In this document: piece by piece, positions 23,780-32,255 of the stretch
Layout of the letters: the number at the start of each line of letters is the position of its first letter
Position numbering within the stretch: the stretch's first letter is position 1
Source of the DNA: Hadesarchaea archaeon
Lineage (GTDB): Archaea; Hadarchaeota; Hadarchaeia; Hadarchaeales; Hadarchaeaceae
Assembly (NCBI GenBank): GCA_030627035.1
Contig: DAOUSU010000002.1
Coordinates: forward strand, 1 to 33,578
DNA length: 33,578 nucleotides
Direction: 5' to 3'
Notes under the pieces: model-generated
What the model was told of the DNA's origin: nothing
What the model saw: only the letters and a program-made list of their open reading frames with translations
The model's database searches: none
Made by a program: the position numbers and the translations under genes

Positions 23780-24595
23780 ATGGATTGGGGGATGAAAAAC
23801 AGGCTCGCACAGCTGATTCAGCGCGACGGCAGGTGCTTCTTCTTGCCCATAGACCACGGGTATTTCCAAGGCCCCACGTATAAGTTAGAAGAACCTGGCA
23901 AGACGATTAAGCCTCTTCTTCCATATGCGGATGCAATCATGCTCACGCGAGGGGTGTTGCGCTCGTGCATAGACCCCGAAAACACCAAACCAGTTATCCT
24001 TAGAGTTTCCGGCGGCACGAGCATCGTCGGAGAGGACTTGTCTCACGAGGGGGTTACCACTTCGGTGAGGGAGGCCATTAGGCTCAACGCAAGCGCGGTG
24101 TCGACTTCCATCTACGTGGGGAGCAAGCACGAGCACGAAACGTTGATGAACCTAGCGCGCCTCGTCAATGAGTGCGAAGAGTATGGCATCCCGGTGATGG
24201 CAGTAACGGCTGTGGGTAAAGAGGTGGAAAAACGCGAAGCGCGATATCTCGCTTTGGCCTGCAGAATCGCCGCAGAGCTGGGCGCACGGGTTGTAAAAAC
24301 ATATTATTGTAAAGAGGGATTTGAAAAAGTCGTGAGAGGTTGTCCCGTACCGGTGGTTATGGCAGGTGGGCCCAAAACAGAGTCCGAGCTTGAGGTATTC
24401 GAATTCGTTTATGATGGCATCCAGAAGGGTTCCATTGGCGTGAATTTGGGGCGGAACATCTGGCAGCACGATTACCCGGTGGCGATGATCCGTGCGATTC
24501 GTTCAATCATACATGAAAACGCCACCCCGCAGGAGGCGCAAGAATTATTTAACGAAGTTAAAAGCGGCAAGAAAAAAGTGGTCTGTGGGAGATAG
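23780..24595 (+). CDS. Class I aldolase of the DhnA/LsrF/ADH-synthase family
   Basis: Several blocks closely track what I remember of E. coli LsrF: DWGMKNRL, LPIDHGYFQGPT, LTRGVLRS, AVTAVGKE, VVKTYY (Schiff-base Lys), GCPVPVVMAGGPK and GRNIWQHDYPVAMIRAI. Confidence 0.82.
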   Translation: MDWGMKNRLAQLIQRDGRCFFLPIDHGYFQGPTYKLEEPGKTIKPLLPYADAIMLTRGVLRSCIDPENTKPVILRVSGGTSIVGEDLSHEGVTTSVREAIRLNASAVSTSIYVGSKHEHETLMNLARLVNECEEYGIPVMAVTAVGKEVEKREARYLALACRIAAELGARVVKTYYCKEGFEKVVRGCPVPVVMAGGPKTESELEVFEFVYDGIQKGSIGVNLGRNIWQHDYPVAMIRAIRSIIHENATPQEAQELFNEVKSGKKKVVCGR

Positions 24596-24678
24596 AGTTA
24601 AGTTCCACCTTGCAGACTTGCGCATACTCCTTTAAAAGCATGAAGTTAGAAATTAATAATAAAAGGAGGGAAAGTAAA

Positions 24679-25437
24679 ATGAACAAATACGATCTAGCTG
24701 GTGAAGTTGCCATAATAACCGGTGCAAGGAGGGGAATTGGGAAAGCGATCGCTCTGAGATTAGCAAGAGCTGGGGCGAAAGTCGTCGTCGCAGATCTTGA
24801 TAAAGAGGATTGCGAGAAAGTAGTAAAAGAGATTGAGGGAATTGGCGGCGAAGGGTTGGCTTTGAAGTTAGATGTAACCAACGAAGAGGAGATAATAGAC
24901 GCCGTAAGAAAAACAAAGGAAAAATTCGGGAAGATTGATATTCTCGTTAACAATGCGGGAATTTTTATTCAGGAAGAATTGGATAAAATGGATACCTCGA
25001 AGATAGACAAAATCTTGGCGGTAAACTTGAGAGGGGTAATTCTCTGCACTAAACATGTTCTTCCAGAAATGAAAGGCAATAGTTATGGAAAAATCATTAA
25101 CATAGCAAGCGTTGCCGGTCTAGTTGGCTTTGAGTTGTCAAGTATCTACTGTGCGACAAAGGGAGCTTTGGTTAATATGACGAGAGAACTAGCGTTAGAG
25201 TTAAGCAAATATAAAATTAATGTCAACGCTGTTGCCCCGGGAGTAATAGAAACTCCAATGACCAAAGGTTTACTTGGAGATGAGAAGACAAAAGCAGCGC
25301 TTCTTGGAAAGATTCCTTACGGAAGAGTTGGTAAACCAGAGGATATCGCAAATGCGGTTGCATTTTTAGCAAGCGATGAGAGCGGGTATATTACAGGCCA
25401 CACACTAGTTGTCGATGGTGGATGGTTAACCACATAA
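24679..25437 (+). CDS. Short-chain dehydrogenase/reductase (FabG/glucose dehydrogenase-like)
   Basis: TGARRGIGKAIA (TGxxxGxG), NNAG, and catalytic YCATKGAL (YxxxK). AGGAGG lies 8 nt upstream of ATG 24679. The track start at 24610 is an upstream extension. Confidence 0.9.
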   Translation: MNKYDLAGEVAIITGARRGIGKAIALRLARAGAKVVVADLDKEDCEKVVKEIEGIGGEGLALKLDVTNEEEIIDAVRKTKEKFGKIDILVNNAGIFIQEELDKMDTSKIDKILAVNLRGVILCTKHVLPEMKGNSYGKIINIASVAGLVGFELSSIYCATKGALVNMTRELALELSKYKINVNAVAPGVIETPMTKGLLGDEKTKAALLGKIPYGRVGKPEDIANAVAFLASDESGYITGHTLVVDGGWLTT

Positions 25438-25484
25438 AAAGGTGAAAGTATCACCTAAATTCGTCTATTAGAAGGAGAAATAAG

Positions 25485-26012
25485 ATGAACCTAAAAACAC
25501 TTCACAAAATCAGTTACGGGCTGTATGTTGTTAGTTCGAGAACTGGCGAGAAATTTAATGGGCAGATTGCCAATACAGTATTTCAGATAACATCAGAGCC
25601 CCCAATAATAGCGGTTAGTATAAATAAACAGAATTTAACCCACGAATATATTCGGGAAAGCAAAGTCTTTACTGTCTCAATTTTATCAAAGGAAACCCCC
25701 ATGAAATTCATAGGGCATTTTGGCTTTAGATCTGGCAGGGAATTGGATAAGTTTAAAGATGTGAATTATAGAGTTGGCGCAACTGGTGCCCCCATAGTCA
25801 TGGAAAATACTGTAGGTTACTTGGCGGCCGAAATAATTGATAGTTTAGATGTTGGAACTCACACCGTTTTTATTGGTAAGATAATAGATGCCGAAATCAT
25901 TAAAGAGGGAGAACCGATGACGTATGCTTACTATCATGAAGTAAAACGTGGCAAGGCCCCAAAAACAGCGCCAACATATATTAAGGAGGAAAAATCAAGA
26001 GGAGGTGAATAA
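25485..26012 (+). CDS. Flavin reductase-like FMN-binding protein (Hrb N-terminal-domain type)
   Basis: 175 aa with a split-barrel flavin reductase pattern (YGLYVVSS...[23 protein letters not shown]...T...I..S..F.VSIL). It lies directly upstream of rubredoxin, as in clostridial/Moorella oxidative-stress operons. Confidence 0.78.
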   Translation: MNLKTLHKISYGLYVVSSRTGEKFNGQIANTVFQITSEPPIIAVSINKQNLTHEYIRESKVFTVSILSKETPMKFIGHFGFRSGRELDKFKDVNYRVGATGAPIVMENTVGYLAAEIIDSLDVGTHTVFIGKIIDAEIIKEGEPMTYAYYHEVKRGKAPKTAPTYIKEEKSRGGE

Positions 26013-26013
26013 A

Positions 26014-26178
26014 GTGGAAAAATATAAGTGCACGGTCTGCGGATATGTATATGACCCGGGGGTTGGAGATCCAGACTCTGGTATAACGCCTGGGACACCA
26101 TTTGAGAAGATACCAGATGATTGGGTATGCCCGGTATGCGGCGCCAGTAAGGACAAGTTCGAAAAGATAATGGAGTGA
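26014..26178 (+). CDS. Rubredoxin
   Basis: 54 aa: (V/M)[51 protein letters not shown], with both the CxxCG and CPxCG knuckles. GTG 26014 has GAGGAGGTGA 6 nt upstream. The track start at 25948 lies inside the previous gene. Confidence 0.92.
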   Translation: MEKYKCTVCGYVYDPGVGDPDSGITPGTPFEKIPDDWVCPVCGASKDKFEKIME

Positions 26179-26182
26179 TAAC

Positions 26183-26644
26183 GTGGCAATGATAGAAAAC
26201 TTGAGTAAAGAACAGTTGGAAGAGATATTGGAAGCGATGCCTGTAGAAATTTCTTTCGTTGACGAAGATGATTTGGTCAAATTTTGGAATAAACACGAAA
26301 CTAGAATTTTTAAACGGCCACTTTCTGTAATCGGAAAATCAGTTCAAAATTGTCACCCAAAGCGTAGTGTGGATAAAGTAAACCAAATATTGTCCGATTT
26401 TAAGAGTGGTAAAAAAGATTCAGCGGAATTTTGGATAAATCTCGGGGAGAGGAAGGTATACATTAGATATTTTGCCGTGCGAAATAAAGCAGGCAAGTAT
26501 CTGGGCACATTGGAGGCCACCCAAGATATCACGGAAATAAAGAAAATTGAGGGAGAAAAAAGACTGTTAGAATATTGGGGATTAAATGAGCGTCAGAGAG
26601 ATAAAACCCGATATTTACTGGGTAGGTGCGGTAGACTGGGATAG
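26183..26644 (+). CDS. Stand-alone PAS_10-like domain protein (the domain found C-terminal in DUF438/hemerythrin proteins)
   Basis: ISFVDEDDLVKFWNKHETRIFKRPLSVIGKSVQNCHPKRSVDKVNQILSDFKSGKKDSAEFWINLGERKVYIRYFAVRNKAGKYLGTLEATQDITEIKKIEGEKRLL matches my memory of the PAS_10 consensus (FVD..D.V.YF....RIF.R....IGR.V..CHP.KS......IL..FK.G..D..EFWI......I.I.Y.AVRD..G.YLG.LEV.QDIT). Confidence 0.6.
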   Translation: MAMIENLSKEQLEEILEAMPVEISFVDEDDLVKFWNKHETRIFKRPLSVIGKSVQNCHPKRSVDKVNQILSDFKSGKKDSAEFWINLGERKVYIRYFAVRNKAGKYLGTLEATQDITEIKKIEGEKRLLEYWGLNERQRDKTRYLLGRCGRLG

Positions 26645-27761
26645 AAGGTTGTTTGATGAGCTCATACCACTTCCAGACGGAACAAGTTATAACTCTTATC
26701 TGATAAAGGATAAAAAAATTGCATTGATAGACACCGTTGACCCATCCAAAGAGGATGAACTGATAAATAACCTTAAGAAACTATATATCAACAACATTGA
26801 CTTTGTTATTGCCAACCACGCAGAGCAGGATCATTCCGGGACAATACCCAAGATTCTGGGATTATACCCAAACGCTAAGGTAGTAACTAATGCAAAATGT
26901 AAAGACATGCTTAAGGAATTGCTCCTGATTCCTGATGACAGATTTATAACGGTAAGCGACAGGGAAACAATATCGCTTGGGGATAAGACACTGGAATTTA
27001 TCTTTGCCCCTTGGGTTCACTGGCCCGATACTATGTTCACCTACCTGAAGGAAGGTAAAATTCTATTCACCTGTGATTTTTTCGGCTCACATATCGCAGC
27101 AAGTGAATTGTTTGTAAAAGATGAAACAAAAGTGTATGAATCAGCCAAGCGGTATTATGCTGAGATCATGATGCCATTCAGAACGAGTATCAAGAAGCAT
27201 TTAGAAAGGATAAAAGATCTAGAGATTGAAATAATTGCACCGAGTCATGGTCCAGTTTACAATAGACCAGAATTTATCCTGAATGCATATAAAGAGTGGA
27301 TTTCGGATGAGGTAAAGAATGAGGTGGTTGTACCGTATATCTCAATGCACGGCAGTACAAGAAAAATGGTAGACTACTTCGTGGATGCCCTAATTAAAAG
27401 AGGTATAACCGTAAAGCCATTTAATTTGACTAAAACAGATATTGGAGAATTGGCAATTGCCCTTGTAGATGCCGCTACCATCGTAATCGCCTCGCCCACT
27501 GTCTTGGTTGGTCCCCATCCGAATGTTATTTATGCAGTTTACCTTGCAAATGCTCTAAGACCAAAATTGAAATTTGCGTCCGTGATCGGTTCTTATGGAT
27601 GGGGTGGAAAAATGGTAGAGCAGATTACAGGGATGCTAACTAATCTTAAAGTAGAAGTTCTTGAACCCGTTATCGTAAAAGGATATCCCATGGAGGAAAA
27701 TTTCAAAGCATTGGATAGATTGGCAGACGAAATTCTTAAAAAGCATGAAGGAATAAGTTAG
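26586..27761 (+). CDS. fprA: Flavodiiron protein (FprA, type A flavoprotein; O2/NO reductase)
   Basis: Metallo-beta-lactamase-like domain with the diiron ligand block ANHAEQDHSG, plus a C-terminal flavodoxin-like domain (VVVPYISMHGSTRKM). 391 aa. Confidence 0.9.
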   Translation: MSVREIKPDIYWVGAVDWDRRLFDELIPLPDGTSYNSYLIKDKKIALIDTVDPSKEDELINNLKKLYINNIDFVIANHAEQDHSGTIPKILGLYPNAKVVTNAKCKDMLKELLLIPDDRFITVSDRETISLGDKTLEFIFAPWVHWPDTMFTYLKEGKILFTCDFFGSHIAASELFVKDETKVYESAKRYYAEIMMPFRTSIKKHLERIKDLEIEIIAPSHGPVYNRPEFILNAYKEWISDEVKNEVVVPYISMHGSTRKMVDYFVDALIKRGITVKPFNLTKTDIGELAIALVDAATIVIASPTVLVGPHPNVIYAVYLANALRPKLKFASVIGSYGWGGKMVEQITGMLTNLKVEVLEPVIVKGYPMEENFKALDRLADEILKKHEGIS

Positions 27762-27780
27762 CTAGAACAGGTGCATAAAA

Positions 27781-28158
27781 ATGACTGAAAGATTACAGGT
27801 TTACAAGTGTGAGATTTGCGGAAATATTGTAGAGGTCATCCACAGTGGCAAAGGACAACTTGTATGCTGTGGACAGCCCATGAAACTTATGGAGGAAAAG
27901 TCAGACGAGCAAGGCAAGGAAAAACACGTGCCAGTTGTCGAAAAAACAGAGACGGGAATAAAAGTTAAGGTTGGTTCAGTTCCACATCCGATGGAGGAGA
28001 AGCACTACATAGAGTGGATAGAAGTGATAACCGAGGAGGGAATAATGCGGAAGTTCTTAAAGCCTGGAGAGAGCCCAGCGGCAGAGTTTAAGGTGCGGCA
28101 GGAGGTTGTGTTGGCAAGAGAGTATTGTACCATTCACGGTTTATGGGCTAAAAAATAA
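27781..28158 (+). CDS. dfx: Desulfoferrodoxin (2Fe superoxide reductase)
   Basis: N-terminal desulforedoxin-like [30 protein letters not shown]. The SOR centre is [22 protein letters not shown] and CTIHGLW. It is near-colinear with Desulfovibrio Rbo/Dfx as I recall it. Confidence 0.92.
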   Translation: MTERLQVYKCEICGNIVEVIHSGKGQLVCCGQPMKLMEEKSDEQGKEKHVPVVEKTETGIKVKVGSVPHPMEEKHYIEWIEVITEEGIMRKFLKPGESPAAEFKVRQEVVLAREYCTIHGLWAKK

Positions 28159-28171
28159 GAGGAGGGAAAAA

Positions 28172-28747
28172 ATGAAAATTTTGAAAGGAACCAAAACTGA
28201 AAAGAACCTTCTGAAAGCTTTTGCCGGCGAATCGCAGGCGAGGAACCGCTATACCTACTTTGCCTCGCAGGCGAAGAAAGATGGCTATGAGCAGATAGCC
28301 GCAATATTCATCGAGACTGCGGATAACGAGAAGGAGCATGCAAAGAGGCTATTCAAGTTCTTGGAAGGTGGTGAGGTAGAGATCACCGCTACTTTTCCTG
28401 CAGGTGTAATCGGAGAGACAAAAGAAAATCTCAGGGCAGCCGCCGCTGGAGAAAATTACGAGCATACAAAGATGTATCCCGAGTTTGCCCGCATAGCGGA
28501 GGAAGAAGGTTTCCACGAGATAGCGTCTGTATTTAGAGCAATAGCGGTTGCGGAAAGACAACATGAGAAACGATATCTGGCTTTACTTGATAATATTGAG
28601 AAGGATAGGGTTTTCAAACGAGAAAGAGTTGTAAGGTGGAAATGCAGAAACTGTGGATATATCCACGAAGGTACCGAAGCGCCAGAAAAATGTCCGGCAT
28701 GTGCACATCCAAGAGCATATTTCGAACTGTTGAGTGAGAATTATTAG
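28172..28747 (+). CDS. rbr: Rubrerythrin
   Basis: [27 protein letters not shown] and [15 protein letters not shown] form the diiron four-helix bundle. The C-terminal rubredoxin-like CRNCGY...CPACAHP is also present. GAGGAGGG lies 5 nt upstream of ATG 28172. The track start at 28106 lies inside dfx. Confidence 0.93.
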   Translation: MKILKGTKTEKNLLKAFAGESQARNRYTYFASQAKKDGYEQIAAIFIETADNEKEHAKRLFKFLEGGEVEITATFPAGVIGETKENLRAAAAGENYEHTKMYPEFARIAEEEGFHEIASVFRAIAVAERQHEKRYLALLDNIEKDRVFKRERVVRWKCRNCGYIHEGTEAPEKCPACAHPRAYFELLSENY

Positions 28748-28784
28748 GTGTGGCAACTCGCACAACAGCGTGTTTGCGGATCAC

Positions 28785-28820
28785 CCAAGTGTCTTCAAGA
28801 AACCAAGTGTCTTCAAGAAA
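28785..28820. repeat. Perfect 18-bp tandem duplication (CCAAGTGTCTTCAAGAAA x2)
   Basis: Read directly: 28785-28802 is identical to 28803-28820. It lies in the 133-nt gap between rbr and the Zn-ADH gene, about 60 nt upstream of ATG 28881. Confidence 0.97.
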
Positions 28821-28880
28821 TCTTCCATAAGTTAACCAAATTTAAGGTCAGCATCCATAGATTCTCTGGGTGAATACATC

Positions 28881-29906
28881 ATGCGCGTTGCGATGTACTA
28901 CAACAATCGGGATGTACGTTTAGAGGATCTCCCAAGACCGAAGATCGGCCCAGGCGAGTTCTTGATGAAAGTAATGGCATGCGGCATCTGTGGCTCGGAT
29001 GTGCTCGAATGGTATCGCGTTCCCAAATCTCCCCGGGTGCTGGGCCACGAGGTAACGGGGGAGATCATCGAAGTTGGGGAGGGCGTGGAGCGCTATAAAA
29101 TAGGTGACCGGGTTTTCGTCTCCCATCACGTTCCCTGCGGTAAATGTCGCTACTGCCTGAGCGGTCACCACACCGCCTGCGAAACCTTGCACAAAACGAA
29201 TTACGATCCGGGAGGCTTTGCCGAATTCATACGCGTGCCGCGGATAAACGTGGAGCGAGGTGTCTATCTCTTGCCCGAAGATATATCGTTCGAAGACGGG
29301 ACGTTTATCGAGCCTTTGGGATGTGTGGTGCGCGGACAGAGGTTAGCACAGGTGGAAAAGGGCAATACTGTTCTTATCTTAGGCAGCGGCGTCTCCGGAC
29401 TGCTTCACGTGCAACTTGCCCGCGTGCAGAGGGCGGAGAGGGTGATCGCAACCGACATAAATGAATATCGCTTGAATGCAACAAAAAAATTTGGAGCGGA
29501 TGCAACGATACACGCCGAAGAGGATGTGCCGGAAAAATTGTGCCAACTCAATGATGGCAGACTTGCAGACAGGGTGATCGTTTGCACGGGAGCCACCTCA
29601 GCGAGCAAGCAGGCGTTGCGGTGCGTGGACCGTGGAGGCTCGATTCTATTCTTCGCCGTACCCAGACCGGGCATCGACATCCCAGTCCCAATCACCGACT
29701 TTTGGCGCGACGAGATATCGATGATGACCTCTTACGGTGCCGCCCCCAAGGATCTCGAGGAGTCGTTGAAACTCATCAGCGAGCGCAAGGTGAACGTGCA
29801 CGATATGATCACCCACCGCTTGAGCTTGGCGGAGGCAGGATTAGGATTCAAGCTCGTCGCGGGGGCTGAGGAATCGCTTAAAGTGATTATTGAACCGCAA
29901 AAATAG
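28881..29906 (+). CDS. Zinc-dependent alcohol dehydrogenase family protein (threonine/sorbitol dehydrogenase-like MDR)
   Basis: Catalytic Zn motif CGICGSDV...GHEVTGEI, structural Zn Cys cluster CGKCRYCLSGHHTAC, and Rossmann GSGVSGL. Confidence 0.88.
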   Translation: MRVAMYYNNRDVRLEDLPRPKIGPGEFLMKVMACGICGSDVLEWYRVPKSPRVLGHEVTGEIIEVGEGVERYKIGDRVFVSHHVPCGKCRYCLSGHHTACETLHKTNYDPGGFAEFIRVPRINVERGVYLLPEDISFEDGTFIEPLGCVVRGQRLAQVEKGNTVLILGSGVSGLLHVQLARVQRAERVIATDINEYRLNATKKFGADATIHAEEDVPEKLCQLNDGRLADRVIVCTGATSASKQALRCVDRGGSILFFAVPRPGIDIPVPITDFWRDEISMMTSYGAAPKDLEESLKLISERKVNVHDMITHRLSLAEAGLGFKLVAGAEESLKVIIEPQK

Positions 29907-30145
29907 TTTACTTGATATCCGAATCACCAACAGATAAGGTGGGGCCATAATAGAGTTTTACAAATTATGCATGCGTTCACAAGAGCAAGCACCGGTTTTG
30001 AAGCTGGAAGTTCTTGAACTGGCAGACCTTGAAAAGTTGGCAAAAAGACGCCAATCGCCGCCAGAATAGCAAGGGTTACGATGAGCCAGATATAAATTTT
30101 GATTGATGTCGATAGCTTCCTTTTTCCACTTGTTTTTGAATCGAA

Positions 30146-31450
30146 TCATAGTCTTCTATGAAAAGGGCCCCTGCCCAGAAATCCCCTCAAAAACTTGGAT
30201 ATCCCCCTCGTTCTGGTCCCCCCAGTCAGCAGCCTATCGGTCCTGAAGATCCACGCCACCACGGCCACCATAATCGCCGCAAATATCACCACGTACGCGA
30301 TGCCGCTCAGCACGAGCAGGTAGTCGTCAAACATCAGGGTCCTTATCGCCATCATCGGGTGAGAAAAAGGTATGGCAAACAGGATGATCCTCAACACGGC
30401 CGGGAGAGTGTCGAAGTCCTTGAACATGATCAAGAACATGGGGATCACGGCAAGAAACGTTACAGGGAGCATGAGGGTTTGAGCGCTTTTATAGTTCTTG
30501 GCGAAGGTTCCCAAGACCATGCATAGGGACAACCCCGCGAGGAGAGTCACGAACAGAGATAACCCAACCAAGAGATAGTCCTGCGGGCCCAGCGCCAGCC
30601 CAAAATCCGCCAAGTTTATTTCCGCGGATTGGAAGGACTGCATGTAGTACCCGAACCCAACCATATAGATGGCGGCCATCACAAGCCCGACGATGGCGCT
30701 CCCGACTATTTTACCGATCACTATTGAATTCCTTTTTACGGGAAGGGTGAGCAAGGTCTCCAAGGTCTTGTTTTCCTTCTCCATCCCCATCGAGGTGATG
30801 ACCGTGCCTCCCGCCATCATTATGATCAACATCATGATAATCGGGATGGTTATAGACTGTGAGGACAACATCCCGCTTATTGTCCCAGGAGAGATCCCCT
30901 CCATCTCCCTCCCCTTGAAGACCGTCGTTTCGCTTTTCGTGATTGGGCTCACGGCTACATCTGGGTTAACTGGACTGTCCTCTCCGACCAGCGTTCTGGA
31001 TATCTCCTGATTTACGACTTGAACCAACGCATCGACGACTTGGGAAGGAATCGAATCCATCATTCCCGCCCCCTTCATTATCCAATGGATGCGTACCACC
31101 CCGTGGCGGTTTTCGTATATATTTTCGCTGAAGTCCGGAGGGATCACCAGCAGCGCTGCCCCGCCTTCCTCCTCCACATGTTCTAGGGCTTCTGGGATAT
31201 CGGCACCATCCGTTGGGGAATATACGACTTCTGCCCCATGGTTGAGGACTCCTGTGACTATCCCTGACAGGATACTGTTATCCTCATCTATGATTCCTAT
31301 AACTGGTTTTTCCTTCGCCTCCTCGATTACGCCCCCAATCATGTGCCCCATCCCACCGAATACGAACGCCATAACTATAACGGGAATTATGGTGGCGGGC
31401 GTGAGCAGCTCCCTCACCTCCTTCTTTAGGATGTTGCCTAGATCGCTCAT
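30146..31450 (-). CDS. ABC-2 type transporter permease (NatB-like)
   Basis: 434 aa: an N-terminal TM segment, a soluble loop of about 170 aa, then 5 C-terminal TM segments. ATGA overlap with the upstream ATPase gene. Confidence 0.78.
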   Translation of the reverse strand: MSDLGNILKKEVRELLTPATIIPVIVMAFVFGGMGHMIGGVIEEAKEKPVIGIIDEDNSILSGIVTGVLNHGAEVVYSPTDGADIPEALEHVEEEGGAALLVIPPDFSENIYENRHGVVRIHWIMKGAGMMDSIPSQVVDALVQVVNQEISRTLVGEDSPVNPDVAVSPITKSETTVFKGREMEGISPGTISGMLSSQSITIPIIMMLIIMMAGGTVITSMGMEKENKTLETLLTLPVKRNSIVIGKIVGSAIVGLVMAAIYMVGFGYYMQSFQSAEINLADFGLALGPQDYLLVGLSLFVTLLAGLSLCMVLGTFAKNYKSAQTLMLPVTFLAVIPMFLIMFKDFDTLPAVLRIILFAIPFSHPMMAIRTLMFDDYLLVLSGIAYVVIFAAIMVAVVAWIFRTDRLLTGGTRTRGISKFLRGFLGRGPFHRRL

Positions 31451-32163
31451 GAGACCACCTTCACGAAGACCTCCTCAAGGTTGTCCGCCCGGTACCTCTT
31501 TTTCAGCTCGGGGGCGTTCCCCTCCTCGACTATCCCCCCCCTGTTTATCAGGGCTATTCGTTCGCACAGAAATTCCACCTCAAGCATGTTGTGCGAGGAC
31601 AGCAAAACCGTGGTTTCCCTCTTCACAGATTTTTTTATTATTTCCCTTATCTCCCGGGCGTTCGTCACGTCCAGCCCGGAGGTGGGCTCGTCTAGGATGG
31701 CCAACTTCGGTTCGGTCATCAGGGCCCTTCCCACCAAAAGGCGCCTGGTCATTCCCTTGCTGTAGGTGTCTACCCTGTCGTCAATTCTTTCCCCGAGGTT
31801 CGCTATCTCCACCCCGCGCTCGATGATTTTTTTTATTTCATTGCCGCCGCCGAAAAACCTGGCGATGAACTCCAGATATGCTCGGCCAGTGAGGTTTTTG
31901 TACGCCCCGGCGTCCTCGGGCAGGTAGCTTATCAGCCGTCTAACTTGGTCCGCTTCTTTGACCACGTCGTGTCCGAGAACCTTCACGGATCCCGAGTTTA
32001 TCTGCAGGAGGGTCGAGACTATCCTCAAGATGGTCGTCTTTCCCGCGCCGTTTGGGCCTATCAACCCAAATATCTCCCCCTCGTGCACGTCGAAGGACGC
32101 ACCGTCAACCGCCCTAATGCTTCCGAAGTCCTTCACCAGATCTTTAACCTCAACCGCTAGCAT
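31447..32163 (-). CDS. ABC transporter ATP-binding protein (NatA/ABC-2 subfamily)
   Basis: Walker A GPNGAGKTT, signature YSKGMTRRL, Walker B LAILDEPTSGLD, and H-loop SSHNM. I prefer ATG 32163 (MLAVEVKDLVKDFG) to the track's ATG 32196. Confidence 0.9.
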   Translation of the reverse strand: MLAVEVKDLVKDFGSIRAVDGASFDVHEGEIFGLIGPNGAGKTTILRIVSTLLQINSGSVKVLGHDVVKEADQVRRLISYLPEDAGAYKNLTGRAYLEFIARFFGGGNEIKKIIERGVEIANLGERIDDRVDTYSKGMTRRLLVGRALMTEPKLAILDEPTSGLDVTNAREIREIIKKSVKRETTVLLSSHNMLEVEFLCERIALINRGGIVEEGNAPELKKRYRADNLEEVFVKVVS

Positions 32164-32255
32164 TTTTATCCCAAACTCTATGCTAGGTAAGTACATTTAG
32201 TTTTAACTGAACTTTGGCAAATTAGGCTTTAAGCTGAGAAGAAAGTCCCTATCCT

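Noticed and set aside
28785-28820. Possible CRISPR array or minisatellite.
   Set aside because: There are only two directly abutting 18-bp units with no spacers, and no cas genes are in the window. I found no CRISPR array anywhere in the window.
29958-30149. 63-aa ORF ATGA-coupled to the ABC-2 permease stop.
   Set aside because: The product (…NFSRSASSRTSSFKTGACSCERMHNL) is low-complexity with no hydrophobic core. The overlapping frame that continues the permease encodes a much more protein-like TM segment. I did not annotate it as a CDS, and it is discussed in the findings.
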